A DNA stretch of 64,000 bases. It comes from Geosiphon pyriformis uo1 (Eukaryota; Fungi; Glomeromycota). The notes beneath the pieces are model-generated. The model did not search any database. It was not told the DNA's origin and saw only the letters and a list, made by a program, of their open reading frames with translations. The stretch lies in NCBI GenBank assembly GCA_016748015.1, contig JAAOMT010000135.1:1220498-1284497 (forward strand), given 5' to 3'. This document shows positions 1 to 13,161 of the stretch, piece after piece; position 1 is the stretch's first letter; every line of letters starts with the position of its first letter. A program made the position numbers and the translations under genes.

Positions 1-2580
1 ATTAAACTTTTAAAATTTAAAAAAAAAATTATTAAAATTATTATTTAACATATAAAAATTAAATTAAATAAACAATTAGTTTTTTAAAAAATATTTTTAT
101 AATTAAATTTTTAAATTAATAATTAACAAAAACAATTTAATAAAAAATACAAAAATTTTATTTTTAAATGATAAATTTAAACTGGTTTTTTAAAACAATA
201 TTAAATTATATATTCTAATTTTTTATGTTATTAATATTATTTTAAATAATTAAGCTATTTAAATATGTATAATTTGAATTTTGGCAATCAAAGTTTTAGG
301 TTTTATAATAAGTATTAAAAAAAAGTTTAGAATTTAAATTTTATTAAAATTAAAAATTAAAAAATATTTAAACATTAAAAAATAATATTGTTAATTTTTT
401 TACATAAAACATAATTAAGTTAACAAAAAATATTTAATATTTAATAATATTATTGTTTTAAATAACATTTATTTTTTTGTAAAATATTTGTTTAAATTAA
501 TTAATTGTATTAATTAAAAAATATTTTGTATATTAATATATATAAAAAATTATTTTAAATAATATAAACTGGTTATATTTTAGTATTTTAATAATTATAT
601 AATTTTTAAATTTATTAAAATAAAAATATTACATAAAAAACTGTTTATAATAATTAAAAAATAACTTTATAATATAAAAAAAATTTAATTATGTTTTTTT
701 ATATATAATTTTTTTTTAAATTATAATAAAATTGTTTTTAATTATATAAACTTTTAAAAAAAAATTTTTGGTATTTTATAAATGTTTTAAACACATTACA
801 GTTTTTTTAAAATACATATAAAAACTTTGTATTTAAGATTTAAATTAAAAAAATATTGAGTTTTAATAAGAATACTATAATAATATTTTTTAAAATTATA
901 AATTTAGTTTAAATAATTATAAACTATATATATAATTATTTAATTTTAAATTAAAAACTGAATATAAACATAAAAATTTATTTGTTTTAATAAATATATA
1001 TTAATTAATAACAAAAATATTTTTAAAGTATATTTTAAAAAAATTTGTTTAAAATAAATATTAAAAATTAATAATTAATATGTTTTAATTTTGTTAAATA
1101 TAATTAACTAATATTAGATTGGATTTTAAAATATTATATTTAACAGTAAATTTTTTTAATTTGTTTGTAAATTTGCTTATATAATATAGTTTTTTAAATA
1201 ATTAATTATATATAAACAAAAATATAAGTTATATTTAATTACTATTTATTATAAAAATCTTAAAATAAATATAATGTTTTTTAACAAATTATTGTTAATT
1301 TTAAAAGCAAAACAAATTATTAGATTATTTAATCTTAAGAATTGAACTGATTAAATAAAAACTAAATTAACTTTTTTTTATTTGTTTTCTACTACTGTTT
1401 TTAGTAATGCTTAAGAAACAATTTTTAGTTGTCAAAGATTTTCTTGATAGATGGTTTCTATTTTAATATTTGATATTATTTTTAAGATTAAATTGGCTTT
1501 ATTAATTCTTTGTTTTATCTATTGTTTGGCTTTGTTGGATTTAAATCAGTTTTAAAAAACAATATTAAATTTTGCTTTTAAGACTTTTTTAATTGCAATT
1601 GTTAAAGTTTTAATTAGTAGTTTTTTTTGATTATATTTAAGATTACAAAATTTTTTGTAATAATTTTTGACATTTTTTTCTCATCTTTATTGTATTTTGT
1701 AATATTTTTTTAATATATTTTCTAATAACATTAAAAATACTTTTGGTGTTTTTAGTATTATTATTTTTATTAAATTCAAATCTGTTAGTTTGTGACAATA
1801 TACTGTTATTAATTTTAAGAACGTTTTTTTTGTTATTGCTGTTTTTAATAACTGGTTTTTATTAGTAAAAAAAGATAGTATTTGGATTTTTTTTCTTCTT
1901 AATCCAAAAAAAATTATTATTTTAAAAAACTTTTTCAAAACTAAATTAATCAACTTTTTTTTTGGTTATATTGCTTTTAAAATCAGTAATTTGATTTTTT
2001 AAGTTAGTAGTTGTATTTGTTTTATTCCTTGTTTCTTTAATTTTTATTATTACCAATACTTTATTATTATTATATTTAAGTTTTATAATCTGTTAAATTT
2101 TGTTATAACAAAAACTAATATCCTGTACAAATGTTATATTTAGTAAAAAACTCCTAAATATTATTAATATTACAAGTATTAAAGCTTAAATCATTTGTTT
2201 AAAGATTATAAAGTGTTATTATTTTTTTATTCTAAGTTAATTATTAAGTTTATTATTGGATTCAAATTTTTTGTATTTTTTTTGTTGATAATAAATCTTA
2301 TATTAAAGTTTTTGTTTTATTGGCTTCTCTTTTTGCTGTTTCTTTAATAATATTTATTGTTAATTCTGTAGTTAAAACTAAATTAAATTTTTTGAAATCT
2401 TAAATCTTAAGTTTAGCTGTTTTAGTTAAATTTGTTATTAAGTTTATTGGTTTTTTAATTACTTTGATTATTATTCTTCTAAATAAAAATACTGGCAAAA
2501 AATTTTAAATAGAAAAAAATTTGCTTTTTATAAAAAATGCTGTTAATAATTTTGCTAATTTTTTAAATAGTGTTTCTAAA
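1..2580. mobile_element. Extremely decayed, AT-rich transposon relics (family not resolvable by eye)
   Basis: Near-total loss of C/G; only short K/I/L/F/N-rich spurious ORFs; same texture as identifiable relics nearby. Confidence 0.5.
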
Positions 2581-3900
2581 AGAGTCATAAAAAAACAAAA
2601 AAAGAAATATAATAGTTAGTTATTAAACAAACCAGCTGAATTCAAGATTGAAAACAAAGTATTTTTATATTATATAAAAGCAAAAAAACAATGAAATAGA
2701 AAATTTAATCCAAAGTGAAACAAATTATTTTACATAGAAAAAATACTTAGAAATAGATTATATAAACTAAGATTAAAAAACAAAATCTTAATTAAAACAG
2801 CACATAAAAATCAACTAAAATTATATTATAATAAAATATTAATAAGTTTCAGTATATTACAGTTAAAAACACAAAAAATACTGATTAAACCAAATAAAAT
2901 TCTATAAGATTTAGAACCAATCATTATTATCAAAGCCAATATATTATAAAATTAAAAATTGTTATAAATATAACCAAAATATATAACAAATAAAGCAAAA
3001 AATAAAAATAACAGACGAAATACATATAATAACACAACAATATTAAAAACCAAAAACCTAAACATAGAAATAACAGTTAATAAATAAGAAATTCGTTATA
3101 AAAACACTTAAAAAGACAAAACAACTAAGAAAATATCATACAATAAAACTTAGAAACAAGAAAATAACTTTAAAAAAACTTGTCAGAAAAGTAAAAAAAA
3201 CTTTCAGAAATTCAATAATAAGTATTTAACTAGAAAAATTAATAAAAAAAGATTGAAAAAATTAGAAAAAACAGTTTTTAATAATATACTGCTATTACTA
3301 TTTAGAATAACAGTTAAATATTTAAACACTATATATCAACAGTTCTAAACAGATATTTGACAAAAAAATAATACAATAAATAAAACATTTTATTAAAAAA
3401 AACAACTTAATAACTTATTTAAAAACAATTTACTAACTATATACAATTTTTTATAAATACAATAAAATACTATTACATCCAGTCATAAAAAACTTAACAG
3501 TAAATTAATTAAAAAAAATAACCAATTTATAATTTAAAAAATTGAGAACAGAAGTTTTTAAAGCCATAATAAAAAAAAATATGCAAACTTATCTAAAAAA
3601 AAAACTTAGAAGATTTTACAAAAGCTTAATATTAAAAAAAAAAGATAATATTATTTATAAAAATGAAACGTAGGAAATAATAATAGCATAAATAGCCAAT
3701 AACAAAATAGAAAATTATTAAAACACATAATTTTAGAAATTCCAGGAATTCTAAAAATTGCAAGAATACTAGTAAAAATGCCAGAAATTTTAAAAATGCC
3801 AAGAATTCTAACAATAACTTAAAGAAATTATAGAAATTTCAGAAATTTTATATTATGAAAATTTATATATATATAATAAAAGTGATAAAAATTAAAAAGA
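2581..3900 (+). mobile_element. Decayed 3' end of a related Gypsy element: integrase C-terminus, orphan ORF relic (about 3000-3635), PPT, and start of a different LTR (from about 3648) with 9-bp tandem repeats
   Basis: 2581-2950 is colinear with the integrase tail of elements A-C (aaacaaaccagctgaattcaagattg, aaatttaatccaaagtg, gatttagaaccaatc). gattttacaaaagcttaatattaa-A-run-gataa-tattat matches the orphan ORF end/PPT/LTR junction. Confidence 0.75.
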
Positions 3901-4299
3901 TATTAGTTAATTATTTTAGAAAAAATATATTTTGTACAAAATAACAGATATTGTTAAAAAAAAACATATTATCTATAATAATAAACTTTTTATTTATAGT
4001 AAAAAAAACTTAAAATAAACAATAATGTAAAATTACAAATTAACAAACTTTAATTTAATAGAAATAACTTTGTTAAAAACATTCAAAACAGTTTTAATTA
4101 TTAAAAATAGTATTATAAAAAATAGTATAAAAAATAACAATAAAAAAAAACCAATAAAAATTATTAAAAACTTTACAATCTTTAAAGTAAAAAAAAAATT
4201 TATCAAGCTTAATTTATATAATAGTATTTTAAAAACTCTAAAATACAAATTCTATACAAAAAAGCTTAATATTGTTTTTTGTAATTAAATTTAACTTAA

Positions 4300-5305
4300 A
4301 AAAACTATATAAAAACTAAAAAACAGTTTTAATATAAGTTATTTTAATTTTAATAAAAACTATTTATTTTGAAAATTTTTAATAATTGAAAATTGGTTCT
4401 TAATATTATAAACATCACCAAAAAACAAAAAAAAATTGATTTGGTTTCTGTATTGTTTTTAAAGTCAATAAAAATCTATTAGAAAACATTATATTAAACA
4501 ATATAACTAGTAATTAATCTTAATTTATCTTAAGAAATATAATAATATTATTATTTTTTATATTAAATAAAAAATTAAATACTATAATAAAAATTTTATT
4601 TAAATTTTTATTCAAAACTACAAAAAAATTTGATGTAATAATAACAAATAAAAACAACTGCTGTTTTTTAAAGTTTATGGTATTTTTGGTTATTTGCAAA
4701 GTAATAATAATAATAATAATAATAGTAAAAACAATAAAAACCAATTTATTAACTAGTTTATTATTAAAACTTTGAAACTTTTAATAAGAATAAAATAATA
4801 TTAGAACTAATCTTAATGTGTTTCTTAAAAAAACTTTAATTAAAAAAAAACTATAAATTAAAGAAAAAAAATGGTTATTTATATTTTTTACATGTAATTA
4901 TAGATAAATATAAAAAATTTTTAAATTATTAATAACTTAATTTTTTAATACAAATTTTTTTGTCAAAATTGTATACAGCTATTTGGTAATATTTAACTTG
5001 TTATTTTTGGTCATAAATAATAATTTGTTGAAATTTACAATATATAAAGTTTAATAGTATTTGATTTATAAAATTTAGTTTGTAATTTGAATTTTGATTA
5101 TAATTAATTGGTTTGTTTTTAGTTTGTAGTTGATTTTTGTTGATTTTTTAATATTTCTGGTTATATAACTATTTATTATAATTTTAATTGGTTTAAATAA
5201 TTGGTTATATGTAAAAAAAACATAAATTATGTTTATTTTAAAAGCTCTTGTAATAGGTGGTGATTGAACTGTACTCGTTAAATAAAATAAAAAATAAAAA
5301 ATAAT
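4300..5305 (+). mobile_element. Decayed 3' portion of a LINE ending in the family 3' UTR motif and an A-rich tail
   Basis: ttttaattggtttaaataattggttatatgtaaaaaaaacataaattatgttta (about 5180-5240) matches the LINE 3' end at 61060-61120; 5' boundary approximate. Confidence 0.6.
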
Positions 5306-5350
5306 TTATCACAACATAAATATTTAGTTTTTTTATATATTATATATATA

Positions 5351-6566
5351 CACTCGGCGGAAAAAAGTCATGGGACACTTTATTATTTCTTTAATGACTT
5401 TTTATTTTATTTAATACTTAATAACTAGTTGGTCCACCCTCCTTTCTAATACATTCTTCAATACGTCTAGATACACTAGTAACCAAATTTATATAGATAT
5501 CTCGTGGAATTGCTTGCCATTCTTCTTGTAACGCGAGGAATAATTTGTGATTATTTTCGGGGCGCGGATTTCGTTTTTTGACTTGTTTTTGTAAATAATC
5601 CCATAAATGCTCTATTGGATTCAAATCGGGTGATTGTACTGGCCATTTAGAAAGTAAATTGAGATGTTTTTGAGCCATCCAAGTCTTAACATCTTTAGCT
5701 GTATGAATTGGAGCATTATCTTGTTGAAATAAATAATGTTTATGATAAAATTTATAATTAATCCATGGTAATAAATGTTTTTGTAAAAGATCAATATATC
5801 CAAACCGATTTAATATGCCTTCTACTAAAACTAAAGGACCTAATCCACAGTTGGTGATAAATTTTCTTTGTTAAATCTTGTTCCTTTTTCTCTCCATACT
5901 TTTTGAGGTCCATCAGAAAAAAGACAAAATCTTGATTCATCACTCCAAATAACTTCATTCCATTCTTTAATTGTCCAAAAGAATGTTCAATACACCAATT
6001 AAGTCGATTTCTTGTTGGATTTGAGTTAATAATGGTTTTTTTGCAGCAATTCTTGAGTAAAGACCAATCTTGTGTAAGGAAGTACTGATAGTTTTTGTTG
6101 AAACTTTAAAATTTTTCTTATTGAAATCTTCTTGAATTTCTTTGAGAGTACTTTTTGGATTCTTTTTAATTGTTTTTTGTAATATTTCGGTAGTTTTTTA
6201 TTAAGAAAAGAAGGTCTACCACTTCTGGGTGTGGATTCAATAGTATTGCTTTTTTTATAATGAGAAAGTATATTTTGAATAGTTGATTTAGGATAATTAA
6301 GTTGTTCTGATATTTTACGTACAGATTTTTTTTCTTCTAAAAGAATAATAATTCTAGTACGCTCAAAATCATTTAATTCTTTCCTTTGAACTTTGGATTT
6401 TTGAATATTCATGTTTATCAAAAAAAATCCCGAAATATTTTATGTTAATTATTGATTAATAATTGTTATTTTAATACATTCCTTACTATTTATAGATATT
6501 TTTATCATTCATGGAACACAAAATAATAAAAATGTAAAGTGTCCCATGACTTTTTTCCGCCAAGTG
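5351..6566 (-). mobile_element. Tc1/mariner DNA transposon, 1216 bp, 32-bp TIRs, TA target duplication
   Basis: Left TIR CACTCGGCGGAAAAAAGTCATGGGACACTTTA (5351-5382); right TIR 6535-6566 is its reverse complement with 1 mismatch; TA on both sides. Confidence 0.95.
5418..6412 (-). pseudogene. Tc1-family DD34E transposase, frameshifted and internally deleted
   Basis: N-terminal HTH with RSGRP; WNEVIWSDESRF; FQQDNAPIH; WPVQSPDLNPIEHLW, spread over several frames. Confidence 0.93.
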
Positions 6567-7244
6567 TATATTATATAGCCAATTTTTAATGTTTATAATA
6601 TTAACATGTTTAAATTAATTTATTTATTTATACTTAATATAATTAATCTTTTTTATTTTTATCATTTATTTATTTTTTATTTGGGTTATTTCTGTTTAAA
6701 TTAAACAGTTTTAACTAATATAAAAATATTAAAGATGAGTTTGTAATTTATTAAAAAATTCAATTACAAAAATTACATTATTTTATTAAGTTACAATCAA
6801 TGCTACAATTTTTATGGGTCCAGGCTAACTTTACACTCACCTGACAAAAGTTTTTTGTTAGGTGAATGTGGCTAAACACAGGTCATTATCGGCGGGATTC
6901 TCTGCCCAAATACCACATAATTCACGATCATAGATGTAATTTGAACACACTAATCAAGTAGATCCGAGTCGTGGCCTTTTCAAAAGGGGATAGAAATTTC
7001 TTAGAAATCCAAATTCCCTTTTGTCCTTAAGTATTCATATTTTAATGACACAAATAAGAAGAGTCAATATCCAAGAATATTTAAGGGGTTTACGATTCTG
7101 TTGATTGTTTTGTGTTGGATTATGAGAAGTGTGAATAAATCGCTGTCTTTTCATTTGTTGTGGTCTTGCTTGAGTTCTTCCAACAATGAATCCTCTCGCA
7201 CCACTATTTTTAGGAACATAATAGTCAATACTTGAGATTGAATT

Positions 7245-10200
7245 TTACTTCAGGTCTTTGGACAATTTAGGTATGAAACCTCGCTGTCCGTTCCCTGTGC
7301 TTGACCCAGTATTAGTGGTATTGATGGATGTCAAGGAAGGCAACCGAGTAGGTGGGGCAAATTTAGTATTTGAACCACTCTCTTGAGAGCTTGTTTGCTT
7401 TTTTGTTTTGGGAATTGAAGAGAAGGACGGAATGGCAGTTTTGGCTGGCGGAATTTTTGCAATGGTTTTCTTGCTTGTTCCATTGGTGTTACCGGCCGGT
7501 TTCCAAGGTGGATTAATGTAAGGAGGCGGCTGATAAGTACTACGCCGATTACCTTCCCCATAATGCATTAAAGTGGATTGCATTTCTTCACTAATTTGAC
7601 GGAAAATTGCATTTTCCATAAGATCCTTACTTTGACTCATGGCCTGTCAAGTGACAAAGAAAACAATTATTAGAGCATCCATAATCTTTTAACGCCCAAT
7701 TAATCTCATTCAAAGCATAAAATTTTTTCCGGAACACCCTTTAATTGATTAAATACCTCCAAGTTCTCCAATACTTTCATGATGTTGGTGTCACGTCGCT
7801 CTATTTGCTCTGCAAACCTGGCACACTATAAAAGGGCAGATGAAAGATCGTATTATTTCACTTACTATGGAAGGGAATTACATATGAAGCTTGCCAATGT
7901 ATACTAACTTGCTCTTCCAAGGTTTTTAGTCTTTGCCTCTCATTATTCAAAGTTATATTTTTTTCTTCCAGTTGTTCGCGTAGCTGTTCATTAAAAAATG
8001 ACAAAGTGTTTTCTGCTTTAACGGTAAACGCTTTGGTATCATTGGTGACCTAAAAATCATGGCGAAAAGAATTTTTTTAGAAAATGACCTAGTAAACAAT
8101 TTATTTTAATCGATCATGAGGGAAAAATTTTGGAAGCATTGAATATCACAGATAATGAAGTTGGATGTTGAACCTAAAAATCTTGCATCAATTTAAACAA
8201 CCTCGAATCCTTTTGACAGCAAACTAGATATGAAAGTAAATGTTTACCTCCATTTGAGCTTTGTGAAAATCAAGGAGCTCTTGAAGCTGAGTATTTCTCC
8301 GGCTCAAAGATTGTATTTGTCCCTCTAGATCCCTAAAAATGCCTCGAACAATTATTCATTCGATTTTTTATTACAGAATATTGTGGGGAGGCATGTTTGT
8401 TAACACTTACTGATTCGTCTCTCTGACCGACTCAACTTTCACTCGAAGGCTTTGTTTTTCTATTTTTAATCTGTCTTCCAGCTCCTTAAAACGAGATTCC
8501 CACCGTCTTTCTTCATCCCTTAAACTGGCTTCCAGGTTTCTGGCACGACGTTCAGCATCCCTGAGTTTAATTTCAGTTTCTTCTGCGCGAATATTAGCAG
8601 ATCGAAGATCATCAAGCTGATCACGTACAGTGGAAAGCTGTTCGATAAGGTCTTCGTTTGCGTTCTGTGCATTATGATATGTTGGTTAATGGTGAAGAGT
8701 TTTTTTTGAAAAATTACTTGAAAAATACCCTTGTAACTTCAAGTTCTCCTTGAGTCTTTTTTGTCTGTTCCCTCCAATCTTTTGATGATAAATTTGCCTT
8801 TTGAACTATAGCATCAAATTTGTTTATCTGACGCAATTTAATCTCAAATTGATTTCTCAGCGCTCTAAAACAATAATTTAAGAATTAATATTCTTTTAAA
8901 ATTCAGTTTATAATGTTTAGCATATTTCCATACTCATATTGCTCTTGCCACCGGGTATCAATTTCCTTTGCACGACACTCAAAGGTAGTATGAACATGTC
9001 TCAATGTCTTTAGTTTTGAAAGCAAATTTTCGTGGAAAAGAGAGAAGTTCGCAGATGGTTTGGGATAGTTAGACTGTCATTAACAGTTGATTCAAAGTTA
9101 GTTAAGTCCAATATCTATTAATATATAATTAACTATATATGACCAACCTGTGTAATACTGCCATCAGACATAATATTATCAAGATATTGGAAAGTGGTTA
9201 TCAATAGGGTGTTGCGCTCCGTTATTTGATCGCGATATTGATTCTCATTCGAGTAGGTAACCTGTTGAATCAAAAGAATCAGCAATCTCTCAATTGGGTT
9301 TTCGTAATCGTGAGAACGTTACCAAATACCTTTTTCTCTTGTGTCAAATTACTCTCGAGATGAAATACTTGAGATTTTAATTCGTCAATAAGAGAATTTT
9401 TATCACGGATATCCTATCTTTCAAGATTTTTGGAATATCCCTTAGATGTTGAATTTTCATATTAGGTACATCACATTAGGCAGTTTAGAATTACTTGCCA
9501 TTTGAACATTCCTACAAGATTCTTCTGCTTTGGAACGAGCAAGTTCGCTACTGATTAATTTTTCATTAATCTTACTTTTTTGATTGTTCTGAAAATTGCA
9601 TAATATTGTATAAGAAGCAGATTTTAAACACGAAAAATAAAGTAGGGGTGAATATAAAGACAAACCGAATGTTTAATATCATTTTCATATTCTAGAATAA
9701 TAGTTTTTTTGCTCTCAAGTTCATCAGCCATAGCTTCAAGTTGGGAATTTAACTGTTCAGACTCCTCTCTGAGCGAATCCAATTCCTTATAGTCATGTCT
9801 TGTTTAATGAAAAAATTGAAAAAAACTGAAATTAAGAAAGCTCGAGACGAAAGAACCTACAGATCGCAGCCTTTCTTGTTCCTTGTTGTATCTTTCAGCG
9901 CTGTCTTTATTTCGGCTCGTTTGATTGTTGAATTGCTGGCGCGCAAAGTTTAAATCGCTTTCTCGTTCTTGGATAGTCAATTCTAAGTCGGAGATTTGTT
10001 TTCGCGCCGAAAAAAGTTTCTACTCACCAAGTTGAATTAAAAACAGTCATGAGTTGAGAAGTTTTTAATAAGTAACAAATTATTTTAAATATACCTCGTT
10101 TAAATCATTCAATGTCTTTTCAAATTGTTGCTCACTTTCTTTTCTTTCCTTACGGGATATCTCTATTTCTCTCGCAAAATTTTCTCTTTCTTTATTCCTT

Positions 10201-12841
10201 TCGGCTAATATAGATTGTTCCCTAGAGACCGCGGAATCACATTTTTTTTCCAGATCAGCAACTTGGCCTACAAAATATTCTAATTCTTGACGCATATGTC
10301 CCATTTCATTCAAAGTTGATTCTTGAGACGCATTAAGATCTTTGATTGTGGCATAGTTTACAGAAAGTTTCTGAAGCAAATCAATCGCAAAATGAGCACA
10401 GAGCGTTTTATCATATGAACATATTGAAAAAATGATGAATATAGGCAAATACTTCATTAAGGCTAGCAACAACTTCCTCATGAAGCCTATCATCAGATTC
10501 AGCTTTTCTTTCATTGGCTTTGAGGCGATCTTGTAAATCCTTAATTTCTTCCTTAATGTGGCTTTTCATCTGAAGTAGAAATAAAGGGTTGGTATAATAT
10601 TGTTTCGTAGATTAATTATGTATACAATGATTTGAACCTGATCTATAGTGTCCAACAAATCTTGATTTTCTTTCGAATACTCTGAAATATCGGCTTCGGC
10701 CTTAAAGAATCAAAAATGCGATTATGTGGTGAGACGACTAATAAATTGAGTCTCTTGAGTTTGAGAAAATATTTCCATACCTTCTCAAGTGCGCGTCTCA
10801 AATCCTCCACCTCCTGAGTTTTTTCTTGAAGTCGAAAGTTCATTTCATTCATTGACTCTTGAAGGCGAATTTCAGTTTCTTGACGATTATTTTGAATTAA
10901 ATCAAATTCTTGGAAGAGTTGCATATTTTCATTTTGTGTGAGATCAAGTTCCTAAGAATTGGGAATCCCAATAAGTTAATATGGTGAGTTTAGAATAAAA
11001 GAAATTTAGGTTTGTTTTAGCGTGCCTCTCACCTCTCTTAGGTCTGAATTTTCCTCTCTTAAATGTCTTTCAACTCTGTCTAATTCGTCTTCTAAATCTC
11101 GAATTGTATTTTTATGTGAAATATTAATTTCGTCTAATTCTATGATTAAGTGTTCAACTTCCATCGATTTTTCCCGGAGCTGTAGTGTTAATTCTGCCAC
11201 TTTGTCTCGCAAATGCCCAAGACTCTAAAAGCCAAGATAATCTTTTGAATATTTGTTGTTGAAATCATTTAGTTTTGAGAGTTATCCAAATCATTACCTC
11301 TTCATATTGCTCACTGAAATCACCGTTGATAAGTCGAGATGAAATGTCACCTAGGGGAATGGTAGCGCTTTTTGGACGTCCCCTTATCATTTCCAATTCG
11401 GAATAAACTTCTTCAATATCAGAAACACGACTAGTGAGCTCAGCCTTGAGGCTAGAATTTTGCTACACACAGAAATTTCGGAGGAATTTTTAATTTAGCA
11501 ATATAGTCCATACTTCGAAAAAATTATAAATATAAAGCTGAAAAACATAAATACCCCCTTTAGTTGTTGAATTAAAACACCGTATTTTTCTGCTTCTTCT
11601 TGCCTTGCTTTTTTAACGAGCTCTTGAGCACGATTTTCATTTTCATTTTCATTGATTAACTGTCTTTCTCTAGCTAAATCTCGACTTCCCGGGACTTGAA
11701 AATCTTGATTATTCATTTCTGGCTTTCTTTTCTCACCTTGATTTGATTTAGATGTTTTAAGTTGTGTACAATCTGTTTATAGAAGACAGTTTGTTTTTGT
11801 GCTTTACAAGATCTTACCTTGTGTTTCGTGCTTTACAGTACCAGAGTTGTCATTTTCACTTTTTGAAAGGTGGACAAGTTCACGGAGACGTTTCAATTCT
11901 GAGACATTCTCAGCATATCTCCGTTGTATAGCATTGTTTTGCTGTTCTAATTCTTCAGCTTTAGCAATTGCTTGATTATATTCCTCCTCTTCTTGGGGTG
12001 ACATTCCATGAGGTAACTGACATTGTGTACTATTTTTGACATATTTCTCAAATGCTGTTTTTGATTCTTGAAGTTGCTTCTTTATTTTAGAATTTTCTGC
12101 CTTAAAATCATGAATTTGTACTCTCATTTCAATGTTCTAAAAGGCCAAAATCCATAGCAAAGTGAGTACTAACAAAAATTAAAGTGCAATTGAGGATTAA
12201 GATATTAAAACTCTAATAAAATTTTAGGCTAACCTCTTTTAAGGCCCTTTCCATTTCGTCAGGTCCTGATTTGCTTAACTGCTCTTCTAAGAAATAAACC
12301 TTCATTTTTAAACTGAAATTCTCTTTTTTAATCTCATCAATTACCTGTATTGATAGGAGGAGATTTAGTTATTTGAAGTTGGGTGTTTCTTGAGCAGAAA
12401 TAATCATCTAAGCTGTACCCTTTCTTGTTCCTTTAGCGTCATTTGCGTGTTCCTTGCAGAAGGGGCTCCAACACTCCAGCGAGCATTGGTACGTTTATTT
12501 TTACTGCCTCTCATTTCTCCCGTCTCGGAAACTGTTCGAGCGTTCAAGGTAGCAGTGTCTGTGTCAAATAAACTATCATTGTTCAACAAACGTGACACGT
12601 TAAAAGTTAATTTACTGTCCTCCACTGAGCGAAAATCTCTCGCGCCGTTTAAATTATCGCGCTGTGCGGAAATTTTTGTTAAAGGTGATGAAGGCTTGCC
12701 AGATTCCTGAAAAAAAGAAGAGGTATTTTTCTCTAAGCCACCCAAGTCTTTGGCAAAACTAGGATTGATTGAAGCAAAAGTCGCATTCTCGTTTATTTCA
12801 GAGCGCTCGACTTCCGCGTTTATTGATATATGCTCGCTCAT
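7245..12841 (-). CDS. ApsB/Mto1-like gamma-tubulin complex receptor (CM1/Cnn_1N domain, long coiled coil); many exons
   Basis: Exons 12841-12419, 12344-12234 and 12136 onward join at GT-AG to give MTLKEQERVIDEIKKENFSLKMKVYFLEEQL (CM1 motif). Coiled-coil exons follow, with RWESRFKELEDRL near 8500 resembling the Mto1 C-terminal motif. The 3' end is uncertain: a roughly 45-nt intron near 7248-7204 would extend the CDS to about 7035. Confidence 0.85.
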
Positions 12842-13161
12842 GTACCAAATGAATGTTTAAAATGCTTATTGCTGTGAAAATGTATTTAATTGGGGGTTAA
12901 AGATTTAAAAATAAATGTCACTAAAGAAAGCAGAGAAAGCTCACTTCGGCACAATATCTATAACTCTGCAAAGGGGAGGTGGAGATTACAGACTTAACAG
13001 TAAATCTATTACGTACATATTTATTTCCTGTGATCTGTACTAGTGATAAAACAAACATTTGAGCAATCCAGAAATCCTCTACTGGCGATTTTTTCCTCCT
13101 AATGATTCCAACTACTCTGAAATCACTGAACTCGATTTCATAATCTAAAAAATATACCTAT
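12842..13161. promoter_or_regulatory. Probable bidirectional promoter (320 bp between divergent ATGs)
   Basis: Head-to-head start codons at 12841 (-) and 13162 (+). Confidence 0.6.

Noticed and set aside
1687-4744. Short hydrophobic or Lys-rich ORFs in the ORF track
   Set aside because: Compositional by-products of AT-rich TE relics; no motifs
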